Assembly: GCF_001194135.2 (NCBI RefSeq)
Contig: NC_068999.1
Span: forward strand, 45,608,255 to 45,672,254
Reading direction: 5' to 3'
DNA length: 64,000 bases
Origin: Octopus bimaculoides
Taxonomy: Eukaryota
Below the pieces are notes generated by a model that was not told where the DNA came from, made no database searches, and saw nothing but the letters and a program-made list of their open reading frames with translations. Of this stretch, positions 1 through 12,900 are shown piece by piece. Positions within the stretch are counted from its first letter, which is position 1; each line of letters starts with the position of its first letter. The position numbers were made by a program, and so were the translations under genes.

Positions 1-789
1 TTTTTTTATTATTCTATCCGTTTGGCTTTCTGTCCATTTAGTACTGTGTCTGTTCGGTACTGTGTCCGTTCAGCTTCTTGTACTTCGTCAAAAGTGCTTT
101 CAGCATCCTGTCTGCACACAATATTCTTCATGTACCTAAGCCTTTATGTAATTCTTAAACTGGATCAGCACAGCAGTGTGCACTAAGTCCATCCCTTTTG
201 TGATTACCACTACTATCCATCTGAGAAGCTTCCAAAAGTTTCCATCACTCCCAAGATTTGGATCAACTCAAAACTATCATGAAAGAAAGACATTCAATCA
301 ATACGACACAACATGCAGGGAGTGTTATTGAACCTATGACCATTTGATTGCTAAGCAAACTTCTTAACCATTCACCCATGTGACCACAACATTGGTACAT
401 AAATACAAACGATATGCTAGTTACTAGTTGCTCCCTCAGGGAGAAATTCTTGGATCTTTTTTTTTTTGCATTTATATATTCTTAGCTTACTTTCACATTC
501 CAAGTTTAGGATTGGTCTTTTTTTTTAATCATTTTTATTTCTAGATTTTTGAAATTTTGTTTGTTTTGCTTCATTTTTATGTTTTCTTTTTCTTTCTTTT
601 TGTCTTATAATAAAAAAAATTAAAAAATGGCATGTTTGAAAATTTTCTTAAAACGTTCTTGAATATTGTCAACTTGTTAAGTTAAATGCAATGTCACGAT
701 TTACATCTACAATTTTAGGAAACTGGAGAAAAATTTTTTATTGAGGGTAGCGAGAAAATGGCAACATTTAGCAGAAATATGTTAAATCA

Positions 790-1276
790 GTCTCTTTCTC
801 TCTCTCTTTCTCTCTCCTCTCTTCATCTCTCTTTCTCTCTCCTCTCTTCATCTCTCTTTCTCTCTTCTCTCTTCATCTCTCTTTCATTATCTCTCTCCCT
901 CTCTCTTTCATTATCTCTCTCCCTCTCTCTTTCATTATCTCTCTCGCTCTTTCTTCATCTCTCTTTCTTTATCTCTCTTTCTCTCTCCGCCTTTGTTTCT
1001 CTCATCTCTCTATCTCCAGCTTTACTTGTATCTCACGTTTTCCCTCTCCCCTCTCTCCCTCCCATCCTCTCTCTCTATCCTACACTCTCTCTCTCTCTCC
1101 CCATCTCTATTTTTCTCATTCTCCTTCTCTCTCTCTCTTTCTCTTTATATACCTCAAGTTCTCTCTTTATCTCTGTCTTTATTTATCACCATCTCTACTG
1201 CATTATCTCTCCACCATTTTTCTCTCTCTCTCTCTCTCTCTCTTTCAACCATTTCTTTTTCTCTCTCTTTCAACCA

Positions 1277-1307
<31 letters not shown>

Positions 1308-1713
1308 TTCAACCATTTCTTTCTCTCTCTCTTTCAACCATGTCTTTCTCTCTCTCTCTCTTTCACCCATTTCTTTCTATCTCTTTCTCTCTCTCTTTCA
1401 ACCATGTCTCTCTCCCTCTCTCTCTCTCTCTATCTCTCTTTCAACCATTTCTCTCTCTCTATCTCTCTTTCAACCATTTCTTTCTCTCTCTCTCTCTTTC
1501 AACCATTTCTTTCTCTCTCTCTCTCTCTCTCTTTCAACCATTTCTTTCTCTCTCTCTCTCTCTTTCAACCATGTCTTTCTCTCGCTCTCTCTCTCTCTCT
1601 ATCTCTCTTTCAACCATTTCTCTCTCTCTTTCTATCTCTCTTTCAACCATTTCTTTCTCTCTATCTCTCTTTCAACCATTTCTTTCTCTCTCTCTCTCTT
1701 TCAACCATTTCTT

Positions 1714-1758
<45 letters not shown>

Positions 1759-1933
1759 ATCTCTCTTTCAACCATTTCTTTCTCTCTTTCTCTCTCTCTT
1801 TCAACCATTTCTTTCTCTCTTTCTCTCTCTCTTTCAACCATTTCTTTCTCTCTCTCTCTCTCTCTTTCAACCATTTCTCTCTCTCTCTCTTTCTCTTTCA
1901 ACAATTACTTTCTCCCTCTCTCTTTCAATCATT

Positions 1934-1971
<38 letters not shown>

Positions 1972-1975
1972 CCTC
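790..1975. repeat. (TC)n array with a higher-order unit built on the spacer TTTCAACCAT
   Basis: Continuous CT/TC dinucleotide tract. From about 1240 to 1935 the spacer ctttcaaccat recurs roughly every 25-40 bp. It explains the Ser/Leu-rich ORFs. Confidence 0.95.
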
Positions 1976-2873
1976 CTCTTCCCCCTCTCTCTCCATCTAT
2001 TTCTCTCATCTTCTCTCTCCTTCCTTTCACTTTTCTCCCTCTCCATCTCATCACATTTCCTTTATTTCTGCTTCCTATCATCATCTTCCTCTCTTCACGT
2101 CTGCCTCTCTTTCATTCCTTACTTCTTTCTTCCTTTCCTTCTTCCTTCCTTCCTTCCTTTCTTCCTTTCCTTCTTTCGTCAGCTCTCTCTGTTTTTTTTT
2201 ACCTCTGTCTGCTGCTTCCCTCCTCATTCTATCATTCTCTCTTCTACCTCCCACCCCACCCCCACGCCCACCCNNNNNNNNNNNNNNNNNNNNNNNNNNN
2301 NNNNNNNNNNNNNNNNNNNNNNNNNNNNNNNNNNNNNNNNNNNNNNNNNNNNNNNNNNNNNNNNNNNNNNNNNNNNNNNNNNNNNNNNNNNNNNNNNNNN
2401 NNNNNNNNNNNNNNNNNNNNNNNNNNNNNNNNNNNNNNNNNNNNNNNNNNNNNNNNNNNNNNNNNNNNNNNNNNNNNNNNNNNNNNNNNNNNNNNNNNNN
2501 NNNNNNNNNNNNNNNNNNNNNNNNNNNNNNNNNNNNNNNNNNNNNNNNNNNNNNNNNNNNNNNNNNNNNNNNNNNNNNNNNNNNNNNNNNNNNNNNNNNN
2601 NNNNNNNNNNNNNNNNNNNNNNNNNNNNNNNNNNNNNNNNNNNNNNNNNNNNNNNNNNNNNNNNNNNNNNNNNNNNNNNNNNNNNNNNNNNNNNNNNNNN
2701 NNNNNNNNNNNNNNNNNNNNNNNNNNNNNNNNNNNNNNNNNNNNNNNNNNNNNNNNNNNNNNNNNNNNNNNNNNNNNNNNNNNNNNNNNNNNNNNNNNNN
2801 NNNNNNNNNNNNNNNNNNNNNNNNNNNNNNNNNNNNNNNNNNNNNNNNNNNNNNNNNNNNNNNNNNNNNNNNN

Positions 2874-3252
2874 GCGGTAGCGGTTTTGGTGGTGGTGGTG
2901 GTGGTGGTGGCAGCGGTGGTGGTGGTGGTGGTGTGGTGATATGATGATGCTGTTGATGATAATGGTAGCGGTGATGACGATGGTGGTAGTGATGAGGAGT
3001 AGGAGGAGCTAGAAATGGTGGTGGTAGTGGTGGTATTAATGACATTATTGTTTAGCTTCAAAGCTAATGATCAACAGTATGCCAACCATGACCATCACAC
3101 CTTTCGGCGGCGGTGGTGGTGGTGGTGGTGGTTGTTGTTGTTGTTGTTGATAGCAATTCTGGTGTTGTTGAGGATGAAGAGAGGCGTAGTGTTATTGCTA
3201 AAGATGACACTGGTCACAGAAATGATGATAGTGTTGATGATGATGATGAGGG

Positions 3253-3337
<85 letters not shown>

Positions 3338-3390
3338 GGTGGTGGTGGTGGTTATAGTACTGCTGTTGTTGTTATTATTATTATTATTTC
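2874..3390. repeat. Compound (GGT)n/(GAT)n/(TTA)n trinucleotide microsatellite
   Basis: Directly visible runs of ggt, gat, gtt and tta. Confidence 0.95.
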
Positions 3391-4560
3391 ATATATGCAC
3401 AACAGATTAGACTGTTGGAAAAAAATTCCTAACATCCGGGCTACAACAAATAACCTTAAATACCAAGAACCTTCCTAAGTATTCTAGCTGCCCCTAATAA
3501 CACTGTCTTTTTGGAAGCTGCACTAAACTAGGTTTTATGCTTACTTCTTCTATCAATAGTTACATCCTGGTACTTTGCCATTTTCTCTACGCCTCTCATT
3601 GACTTTCTCATCATTTGGAACTGTAAAGTCAATCACCTGTCATTTTCTATTTTCTTTGTCTACTACTACTAAATCAAGCCTTCTAGCTTCTATTACTCTT
3701 TCGGTCTGAATGATAAAATCCCACATCTTATATTTCTTACTTTCTAGCACTTTACTAGATTTATATTCATGCCACTTATCAATACGGTTAAATCCTAGCT
3801 TTCTACATAACACCCGGTGGATTATTTTCTCTAAGTTGTCATTTCTTGTATTCTTTCTGTGCCAGCGTATTACTTCCATTAACTACATGAGTAACGCTTT
3901 CTTTTTTGATTTCCATAACCTATACTGGGAATCTACCTGATTTTTGTTTATCTTGGCTTTTATCCAGTTGGTCCTTAATATCTGATCTTGTGCTGCTACT
4001 AACAAACTTTCTGTTGCCCTTTCCAGTCTTGTTTTCTGCAATCACAACTATATCTCAGCATTGCTATTTTCTGCAACTCTCTTTGGAAATCTACTTTGCA
4101 AAGCCTTGTCTTTCCAGTCAGATAAACTTGCTCCTTATTTCTGGTTTTTAACTACATTTGGCTTTTTGATTTCCCTATCTTTTACTGTTATATTAGCATC
4201 TCTTAATAAAATTTCTTCAGTATTACCTACATAGGAGGTTATATACACTTGTGCTAACTCCACACAATCTTCTCCTAATAATAAAACTCTACCACCTTCC
4301 TTTTTTAGGTAAATCCAATCATGCTACTCCTAGTCTAGGAAAGAGTCCTCCATTCATATTGAATTCCTAGTTCTTCTGTCTAGATTTACAAAAGCTGCTG
4401 CATATCTAATCATCAACACTGTCCAAGTATTCACAACCTTCACTAGATTCAGACCATTTAGCTTTGACTTCATGAACTTCCTCACCGTTCTGATTATGTA
4501 CTCCTTAACTTTCGCTTTCATTTCTATAGTTAGTACTCAGTCAGATTGTAATACTCCTAG
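3389..4560 (-). mobile_element. 5'-truncated, inactivated R4/Dong-like non-LTR retrotransposon (RT C-terminus, CCHC knuckle remnant, restriction-like endonuclease)
   Basis: Manual minus-strand translation across stops and frameshifts gives, in order: LGVLQSD*...KFMKSKLNGLNLVKVVNTWTVLMIRY; IYLKKEGGRVL; TESLLVAAQDQILRTNWIK; a decayed knuckle (..THVVNGSNTLAQKEY); WDFIIQTERVIEARRLDLVVVDKENRK*QVIDFTVPND..KMAKYQD; QKTVLLGAARILRKVLGI*. A short 3'UTR then runs into (TAA)n. This order and these motifs match R4-clade REL elements as I know them. Confidence 0.88.
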
Positions 4561-4578
4561 ACATTGTTGTTGTTTTTG

Positions 4579-4615
<37 letters not shown>

Positions 4616-4622
4616 CATTATT

Positions 4623-4660
<38 letters not shown>

Positions 4661-4744
4661 CCACTACTACTAGAATAATTATTTTTATTGTTATTATTCT
4701 TGTTGCTTTTATTATTCTTGTTGCTTTTATTATTATTTATTTAT

Positions 4745-4787
<43 letters not shown>

Positions 4788-4860
4788 CATTATTATTATT
4801 ATTGTTGTTATTATTATTGTTGTTGTTGTTGTTGTTGTTGTTATTGAAATAATAATTATT
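4561..4860. repeat. (TTA)n/(TAG)n/(TTG)n microsatellite array
   Basis: Direct observation. It abuts the 5' truncation point of the R4-like element. Confidence 0.95.
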
Positions 4861-6197
4861 ACTGCAGCGACTTCAAAGAGTTCTAGCAATGACAGCCATA
4901 ATAGAATATGTTAAATATTGATATCTGATACACTATTTAAATCAATGCTACATTGATTGATATACCATTTAAATCAGTCAATTATATACGGTATAGATCT
5001 AGGAAATGGCGTGCACACACAAACACACACACACACACACAAATATTCTTAATGGATGGAAAGTTTTTCTCTTAGAGAAAGAAAACAAAAACCTAGTGGC
5101 ATTCATGGGCAACACACAAAGAAAAGGGGAGATAATTTAATTCCTGATATTGGTTAGTCTTGGTGTGATAGTACTGGTGGAGTTTTTGCTAGTGTAGTGA
5201 TGGTGGTGGTGGTGGTGGTGTTTTGATTGGGCAGTGTTGGTGTTAATAGGAATGGTAGCGACATTATTGGTACTTGTTATAGGGTTGTGCTCTTGGCTGT
5301 GATGGTTCCACTGGTACGAGGGGTAGAAATATTGGCACCGGTTATTTTTGGTGTTGGTATTACTAGCTTGGACTTATACTAGAACAACACCGATAACAAC
5401 ATGTAGATCTGTATATCTTAAGAAATTCCTCTGCTCTACAATATTCTGGGATCCAGATTATTTAACCCCTGTATGTTGTTAAGTCCCCTGCCAGCTTTGA
5501 TTGAGCAAACCCCTGATCAAAGTTGTTCCATTTGTGACCACCCAATCTTATTTTCTGTTGACATAGTTTATCTAAGCTGGTATTATTTGTCGTGTTCTTG
5601 CTATTTTTTATGAGTATACATTGTGATATGAAAGAGATTTGGCTGCTATATCTAGTAATTGAAGTGGGCCACATTGTGGCCTCTTCTTTAGCTTGTCCCT
5701 CTACAAAGAATTTACCATATTCTATGATCTGTTGATGGAATCAATTTTTGGCATTCCCTCCTGGCTTTTCTATCAATTTAAATTAAATTGAAACAGAACG
5801 TATTTTGTTTTCATTTCAATTAAAAATGTCCATTATTTTATCTGTTTTCTTTCATATTACAGTTTGTGATCAATAACATTATTGTAATCAATAAGATCAT
5901 AGGTCACAGACACGTCTCCCCCCACCCCACCCCCCAACCCAATCGACCAATCATTACCACAGGTTATTTTATGTGGGAAATCACATGGGTGCGTGTCAAA
6001 ACAGAGAAAACTATACGAAACCTTTTCTGTCCAAAAACACCAGTTTATTAGTTTCCTCACCAATGTTTATACTTTCTCTCTCTTACACTCTCTCTCTTAC
6101 ACTCTCTCTCTCTCTCACTCATACATACACACACATTNNNNNNNNNNNNNNNNNNNNNNNNNNNNNNNNNNNNNNNNNNNNTATATATATATTTATA

Positions 6198-6475
6198 TCA
6201 TCATCGTTTAACATATGCTTTCCATGCTAGCATGGGTTGGACAATTTGACTGAGGACTGGCAAGCCAGAAGGCTGCACCAGGCTCCAATCTGATCTGGCA
6301 GAGATTCTACAGCTGGATGCTCTTCCTAATGCCAACCACTCCAAGAGTGTAGTGGGTGCTTTTACGTGCCACCGGCATGAGAGCCAGTCACATGGTACTA
6401 GCAACGGCCACGCTCAAAAAGGTGTTTTTTATGTGCCACCTGCACGGGAGCCAGTCCAGCGGCACAAGACTTTGG
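6198..6475 (-). mobile_element. SINE-like element with (GAT)n tail (called family F here)
   Basis: High similarity to 58470-58720 (+) and 54228-54420 (-). Core gttggcattaggaagagcatccagctgtaga; ends ...gcatggaaagcatatgttaaacgatgatga. Confidence 0.8.
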
Positions 6476-6595
6476 TCGGCCCGAGGTGCCATGCAGTGGG
6501 ACTGAACCCAGAACATGAAAGCAAGCACATACAAGAGAAGTTTGAAATAAAATTTTGTTGCAGGTTGTATCCACTAGTTCCTTACTTACATATGT

Positions 6596-6915
6596 GAAGG
6601 CATGCGGCTTAGTGGTTAGGGGCATTCAGCTCATGGTTCTAAGGTCGTGAGTTCAATTCCTGGCAGCGTGTTGTGTCCTTGAGCAAGACACTTTATTTCA
6701 CGTTGCTCCAGTCCACTCAGCTGGCAAAAATGAGTAGTACCTGTATTTCAAAGGACCAGCCTTGTCACACTCTGTGTCACGCTGAATCTCCCGGAGAACT
6801 ACGTTAAGGGTACACGTGTCTGTGGAGTGCTCAGCCACTTGCACGTTAATTTCACAAGCAAGCTGTTCCGTTGATCGTATCAACTGGGACCCTCGTCGTC
6901 ACAACCGACGGAGTG
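6596..6915 (+). mobile_element. tRNA-derived SINE, head A + tail A (full length)
   Basis: A-box-like (c)ggcttagtgg and B-box-like gagttcaattcc, then gtgtccttgagcaagacact..ccagtccactcagctg. Homologous copies at 21411, 32398, 39986 and 43941. Confidence 0.9.
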
Positions 6916-7219
6916 AGTGCTCCTATCCTATACTTACATACACTCCTTTCTGAAGTCACCCATACTCTGCTAAAATAGTACCATTCTCCCACCAGTGGTG
7001 CAGGTACCCCACTTTGAAGAACAACAGTGTAATATATTTTTAATGAAATTACTTACCTCTAAATAGGGCCACATTTTGGTGGCAACTCCTCGTTTTGTTA
7101 ATTACATCACATTAGAGATTATTACACATGCAACAAGTTTTCCTCATTATTCAAAGAAATCTCTGTTCAATTAGCTAAAAATCTGTTACATTATATCAAA
7201 TTAGCTACTTTAAATTACG

Positions 7220-7590
7220 GATATTTGTTGATGATGATGATGGTGGTGGTGGTATGGGAACGTTGATATTAATGGTGGTGGTGGTGGGGTGAAGGCATAC
7301 GGATGTTAATGATAATGATGGTGGTAGTAGTGGTGGTCGTGGTCGTGGTGGGAAAGACAGTAAGAGGTACATGGTAATTGCAGGAGCAGCAGGTTGTGAG
7401 GGCACAGGAATGTTAATGACGATGATAATGGTTGATGGTGGTGTTGGTGGTGGTGGTGGTGGTGGTGGTGGTGCCGATAAAAGTGGTCGTGCTGGCATGG
7501 GGTAATTTGATGATGATGAATGGCAGTAATGATAATGAGGAATGAAACTGGAGGTGATGGTGATAGTGGTGGTGGTGGTGGTGATGATAA
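7220..7590. repeat. Degenerate (GGT)/(GAT) low-complexity tract
   Basis: Direct observation. Confidence 0.85.
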
Positions 7591-7896
7591 ACGAAACGAG
7601 GCGGGGAAGCTGTATAGCATGGCAAATAGATTTATATTGCTACACAAATTATACCAGACAAAAATGCATGGAACTCTTTATATAATGTTTAAAAAAGAAA
7701 AAATGATCAACAAGATCCTCAACAAGCGTGAGTAGATTGTAATATGCTGATGTGGTTTAGTAATATCAAAACATGTTCATAGTTGTTTCCCCTGCCTGCA
7801 AACCAAGATCAGATATTCTCCTTAACAATGTCAATTAATTTCATGAAAATTGGTTATTAGTTCTTAATTTCTTGAAATGTGAGTGTACCTTGCATA

Positions 7897-7935
<39 letters not shown>

Positions 7936-8527
7936 TATTTTACAGGTAAGCAAACCATGTATTCACCTGTTCCTCTCCCTCAAAAGAAAAAGAAAACCTT
8001 TTAGGAGCAATTACCTGTGACATAAATTATTGCTGGTCATCTACATTGTAATTTCCTTTACCTCTGAACAAATTACAAACTGACCACTAAGATTGATGAC
8101 CAAAACCTTTGACAGCGGTGCACTCACTTGACATCAGTCCAGTTACTGAAACCAAAGAAAGAACCACTTATCTGCCGTCCTTCTCGAAATCCTTGATGTC
8201 TTGAAGTTTAGATTTTCCTATATTTCGTAGATTGCACACAAATTACCAATGAATTCTCATTACTTATGATCAATGCTAGGGAACCGATAATGTCTTGAAG
8301 CAACGGATTCTACTTACATTTTTATCTACTTCATTACGATTGTCCCCATGGTTTTTGATTATGTATAAATGTACTGGACAACCAAGCCAAAGTCGTATGC
8401 TTTTACTATCACCCTGCTCCCAACTCAACTAATGACCATGTCTAGTCAATGATGATTCACTTCACGGTTGCTTGATTTAGAAGAAATACCTGTCAAAGTA
8501 CACATTGATAATATAGTCCAAGATACA

Positions 8528-8749
8528 CAGTAACCCCTCGACTATTGCAGGTGTTATGTTCCAAAAAACCCTGCAATAGGTGAAAATCCGTGAAGTAGAA
8601 ACAGTACTGTACTGTTTATTTTTTTTATTATTTTCATAATTTGTATATATTTATTTTATTATAAATGCAAAACAACACCATGGAGGAATTGACGTAAGCT
8701 TATATAATAAACTGCGATAGGTGAACAGCGATATGACAAGAGATTACTG
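8528..8749. mobile_element. pogo/Tigger-like MITE
   Basis: Begins cagtaacccctcg and ends ..gacaagagattactg followed by TA. CAGT-type imperfect TIRs, about 220 bp. Confidence 0.65.
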
Positions 8750-8904
8750 TATTATACCTGGAAAAAAACTGAAGATGGCCATGAATGAAGCATCTTGGAT
8801 GATGTCTGTTCCGTCAAGTCTCACCTTGACCAACGACAATGACCAATGATTACATGGCTATTTGTGGAATGGTCAAAGATGGGACTTAATTTTGGCATAT
8901 TTAA

Positions 8905-9110
8905 CACTTTAGCAAATAACTCAGTCAAATGTAATCCTTATTTATTCACATGTTTTGAATTAATCATGGATTAATAGTTTTGAGGTTTCAATGATGTGAT
9001 TGCTTATTTTTAGAATGGCATTGTAGGGTAGGTGTGAGAGACTGGATTTAACTAGTTTGAACATAAAACAGGTAGAATATTTGGGTCGGATATGGCTATT
9101 TTTAAATGGG
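8905..9110 (+). mobile_element. piggyBac-like MITE (right end decayed)
   Basis: Starts TTAA|cactttagca. The body is homologous to 44170-44365, which ends ..aatggg|TTAA. Confidence 0.55.
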
Positions 9111-10613
9111 CCTTGGGTCTGACATTCAGTTGTTCTACGGAAAGTTTTTTAGAATTTTTTCTCTTCAGAGTCGTTGCAGTCTCCTGAAAGCCTCTTGCTA
9201 TTAGAATCCTAGTTACCAAAACATTTCACTGTCATTTTGAACTGAACCCACAGAAATTATTCCTTCTTTGTTTATATTTCATAATTATTTTCATTTTGTT
9301 AGTCATTGAGAAAACCTACAAACTTTTCAAACAAAAATAAAAAAAGAAAGAAAGAAAGAAAGAAAAGAAAGAAAGAAAATCGTGAAATACATTAGAGATT
9401 CCCAAATATTTTTGTTAGAAATAAGATATTGCTTTAACCTATAAAACTATTTATTTAAACATATTGAATACACATGTAAGAATTCCTGCAACAGTATACA
9501 ATATACTCGTTATATCAGTTTTAGACTCTGTGGTTTGGTTGATGCTAACGAAGATAAAAGTATCACCTCATTAACTAAGCAGATAAGTTACACAGATTCA
9601 ATCCACCATCATAAATAGATTAGACAAAACTTGTAAAATACACCAAACTAAAGGCTGTTTTATTTTTGTGTTCTAAATGTTAAACACTGGTATTGTTGTC
9701 ATTACATTTATTGCTCAACTATTCAGTCTCATACTCTCTAGGCGCTATACAAAAATTGGTAATTAATTTTTATTGCTCTTTCTGCTCCATGCAGTAACCT
9801 GGCTGTACCGATAGATTTGTAATTATGTTCGTCACATAGTGTTTCAATTGTAAACCGAAGTGGTTTATACCAGCAACTGTTCTTCAATTCTATTTGTTTC
9901 TTTGCTGTTCAACTCTGCATTGACAAAGCTTTACAATAATTATATTTGTTGCTCTCTAGTTGAACTCTATATCAACTATTCTATGCCAATAACTTTGTAA
10001 TTATGTTCAAATAGTCTTTTTTTGTGCAAAGAAACCGTTTTCATAAATCAATACATGATTTGGTTGCCTTTAGCACCAAATATTCAAGTACACAATACAT
10101 ATTCATGAATGCTGTATTGACCAAAAAACAAAAAAATTTACAAAGAACAAAAAATAAATTATTTCCCATTTATTCCCCTTACTAAAATGGATGGCCCCCT
10201 GATAGAATAAAAGACGAATAAAAGTTACTGGATATTGGAACAAGAGTTTTATTATATAAGGGGTTTTATACAACCTAAAATGGTTATATGTAATGAAAAA
10301 TTGCATTTCATACATTGCGGATAAATTGAGCTGAGAGTTGCAGATCATACTTTAAGCATTTGATACCCCATACGTCGTTTTAAAATAGTCACTAACAAAA
10401 ATGTATTATGCCTGCCTCAAGAATATAAAACAATTTTTAAACACTGTCAGAAATAAATTACAATATAAATAATTCAGTGTTTTCACTGCCTGTTTGTCTT
10501 TTCTTGCGAATCACTTCAATCTGTAAGTGTCAAAACATGTGGCCTGCAGCCATGTTTAGTCCAACCACCAGCTCAATTCTTTGAAGCAAAATTGAAAAAC
10601 ACTCAATAGAACT

Positions 10614-10614
10614 C

Positions 10615-10651
<37 letters not shown>

Positions 10652-10750
10652 ATGTGTGTGTGTGTATTTGTATTTATATATGTATACGTGTGTGTATATA
10701 TGCATAAATCTTTGTATGTATATATGCATATATGACTATATATGTGTGTG

Positions 10751-10789
<39 letters not shown>

Positions 10790-10920
10790 ATACATACATA
10801 TATATATACATATATATGATACATAATATATATATGCATACATACATACATACAGATATATATATATATGTGTGTGTGTATGTATGTATGTATGTATGTA
10901 TATATAAGGTATGTATTGTG
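10614..10920. repeat. (TG)n/(TA)n compound dinucleotide microsatellite
   Basis: Direct observation. Confidence 0.95.
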
Positions 10921-12054
10921 CCAGTTCGCGGGTAGGCAGCAATTTATAGACGTAAGTGAATATACTCTCATCAATTCGCCTGGTGTTAAAAGATTTGGAA
11001 ATCATAGACAAGTGAGATAACTTGCACCAAGTCCCATTACAGGAGTAGTAAACATTAATGTTTTGTCATTTTTGTGGTGGTGGTGGTGGTGTTTTCTGTA
11101 ATTCTCATTAACTGTATTTTATTTATTAACGATGTTTAGTGTCATTCCTAATGACAATCTATTTGACGATCTCATCCAGTGTAATATAATTATTTTGTAA
11201 TTTATGTATTTTGTTTTTTTTCTTTAAATTTCTGTTTTAAATTTTAATTTTTCTGTACTGGCAATAAGTGGGAGTTAACTGTTTTAACAGCTGCATACTC
11301 CTCTATTGCTAACTGCCCGAAATAGGAGTGACACTTGTTTGTTTGCTGGAGAGATAGAGAGAGAGGGAGGAATGGAGTGGGTGTGAATGGGCGGGCAGGC
11401 AAGGCTTTGTTCGGTGGGGGGGGGGCATAAATTGGAGCAAAGAGAATTATCTGTTTTGCTAACTAGCAAAACATTAGCAGTAATAACATTTAAGCAGTAA
11501 TAATAAGATAATATAGTCATGGAATCAAAGACCGTAGAGAAAGAACGGAGAGAGAGAGAGAGAAAGAGAGAGGGAGGACAAGAATACTCAGCGATGCCCT
11601 CTGCATGAAAAGCAATTAGTAAAGTGGGTGGTGGCATGCATAATTGTATTGAACCAACAAATTTTATCACTGTAATCATCAAAGGTTATAATTTTTATGG
11701 CCTTCTTTGATTGATGATTAAAAGAATGTGTTTTTATGTCGATGGCTAACTCTGGTCAAGAAAAAGCAAAGAAGACAACTCCTAGAATTTAAATTGATTG
11801 AAATTAATTAAAAATACAAAAAGCAGTGAGGAGTGAGTTTTCTCTTTTGCTATAATACAGAGATAACCATGAGAATGTTTCAGCCCTGTGCAACCTCATC
11901 AGCAAACCACAGTCTAACTGTTATTGCAGTTTTTCTCAGATCATGATTGCTTCTTCTCATTATGGATGTTATTTTAATTAATTAAAGTATCACTGCATCA
12001 AATATGTTAATGCCCACTTTACTAATTAGGACTATGTAACCTGTAGTCCACTAC

Positions 12055-12235
12055 TGTGCATCACACCCACTGTACCTCAACCAATTGTGTCTCATGCCCA
12101 TTGTGCCTCATACTTATTGTGCCTCGTACCCATTGTGATTCATACCCATTGTCACTCATGCCCATTGTGCATCACACCCATTGTTTCTTGCACACACATC
12201 ATGTCTTGTACCCATTGTGCCTCGCATCTATCATG
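12055..12235. repeat. 16-bp minisatellite (consensus about cccattgtgcctcata), about 10 degenerate copies
   Basis: cccattgt / ccaattgt recurs at about 16-bp spacing. Confidence 0.8.
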
Positions 12236-12439
12236 CCACATGCTCACTCGTTAGAACTACTCATTCAATCAGCCCCCTGGACTTCCTTTGATATTATTAC
12301 AGTTTACCAGATTTCAATGGAATCAGACCATTCCTTCAATCTTTCCTCCATGCTCCATTAAAATAAGTACCAGGAATATACTAGGGGAGGTTCAACTATT
12401 GGTACATCTCTCCTTTTCTTTCAGCTCTCTGTATGATCA

Positions 12440-12752
12440 TTGGTCTGTCTGTCTGTTTGTTTCATTTGTGTGACTGTCTGTCTATCTACCCATCTGTTCA
12501 TCTATATATCTCTGTTTGATGATCTGTCTATCTGTATTTATCTACCTGTCCCTTTCTCTCCCCCCCTCTCTCTCTCTCTCTCTCTCCCTCTTTATTTATC
12601 TCTTTCTTTTAGGCTATCTGTCTGTCTGTCTTTATATCTCTGTCTATTTGTCACTAAATATTTCTCAATATATCTGTCTCTTTCTATCTGTTTCATCTGT
12701 GTGACTATCTATCTATCTATCTATCTGTCTGTCTGTCTATCTGTCTATCTAT

Positions 12753-12790
<38 letters not shown>

Positions 12791-12900
12791 GTCTATCGAT
12801 CTATCTACCTATCTGTCTATCTATCAATCTAGCTAGCTATCCATTTGTCTGTTTGCCTATATATCTGTTTGTCACTCTATCACCCTGTTTATCTATCTGT
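12440..12900. repeat. (TCTA)n/(TCTG)n tetranucleotide array
   Basis: Direct observation. Confidence 0.9.

Noticed and set aside
758-2944. Long ORFs of 534-728 aa
   Set aside because: They are translations of (TC)n repeats plus a 600-bp N-gap, with no domain content.
5918-5940. G-quadruplex-capable tract on the minus strand (also about 2250-2273)
   Set aside because: The motif is real but expected by chance in such low-complexity DNA, and it has no supporting context.
6596-6665. tRNA genes at SINE heads (also 26559, 34400 and 44887)
   Set aside because: A and B boxes are present, but I could not fold a complete cloverleaf, and each continues into a shared SINE body.
8050-8880. Possible decayed LINE coding fragment around the pogo-like MITE
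   Set aside because: The composition is suggestive, but I could not recover any diagnostic RT or endonuclease motif.
10925-10951. 27-nt micro-exon FAGRQQFID with GTAAGT donor
   Set aside because: The acceptor has no pyrimidine tract and the peptide is too short to evaluate without RNA data.
12300-12390. Minus-strand peptide MEERLKEWSDSIEI with donor-like end
   Set aside because: It adjoins a decayed head-E SINE core (aaaataagtacca) and lacks an acceptor.
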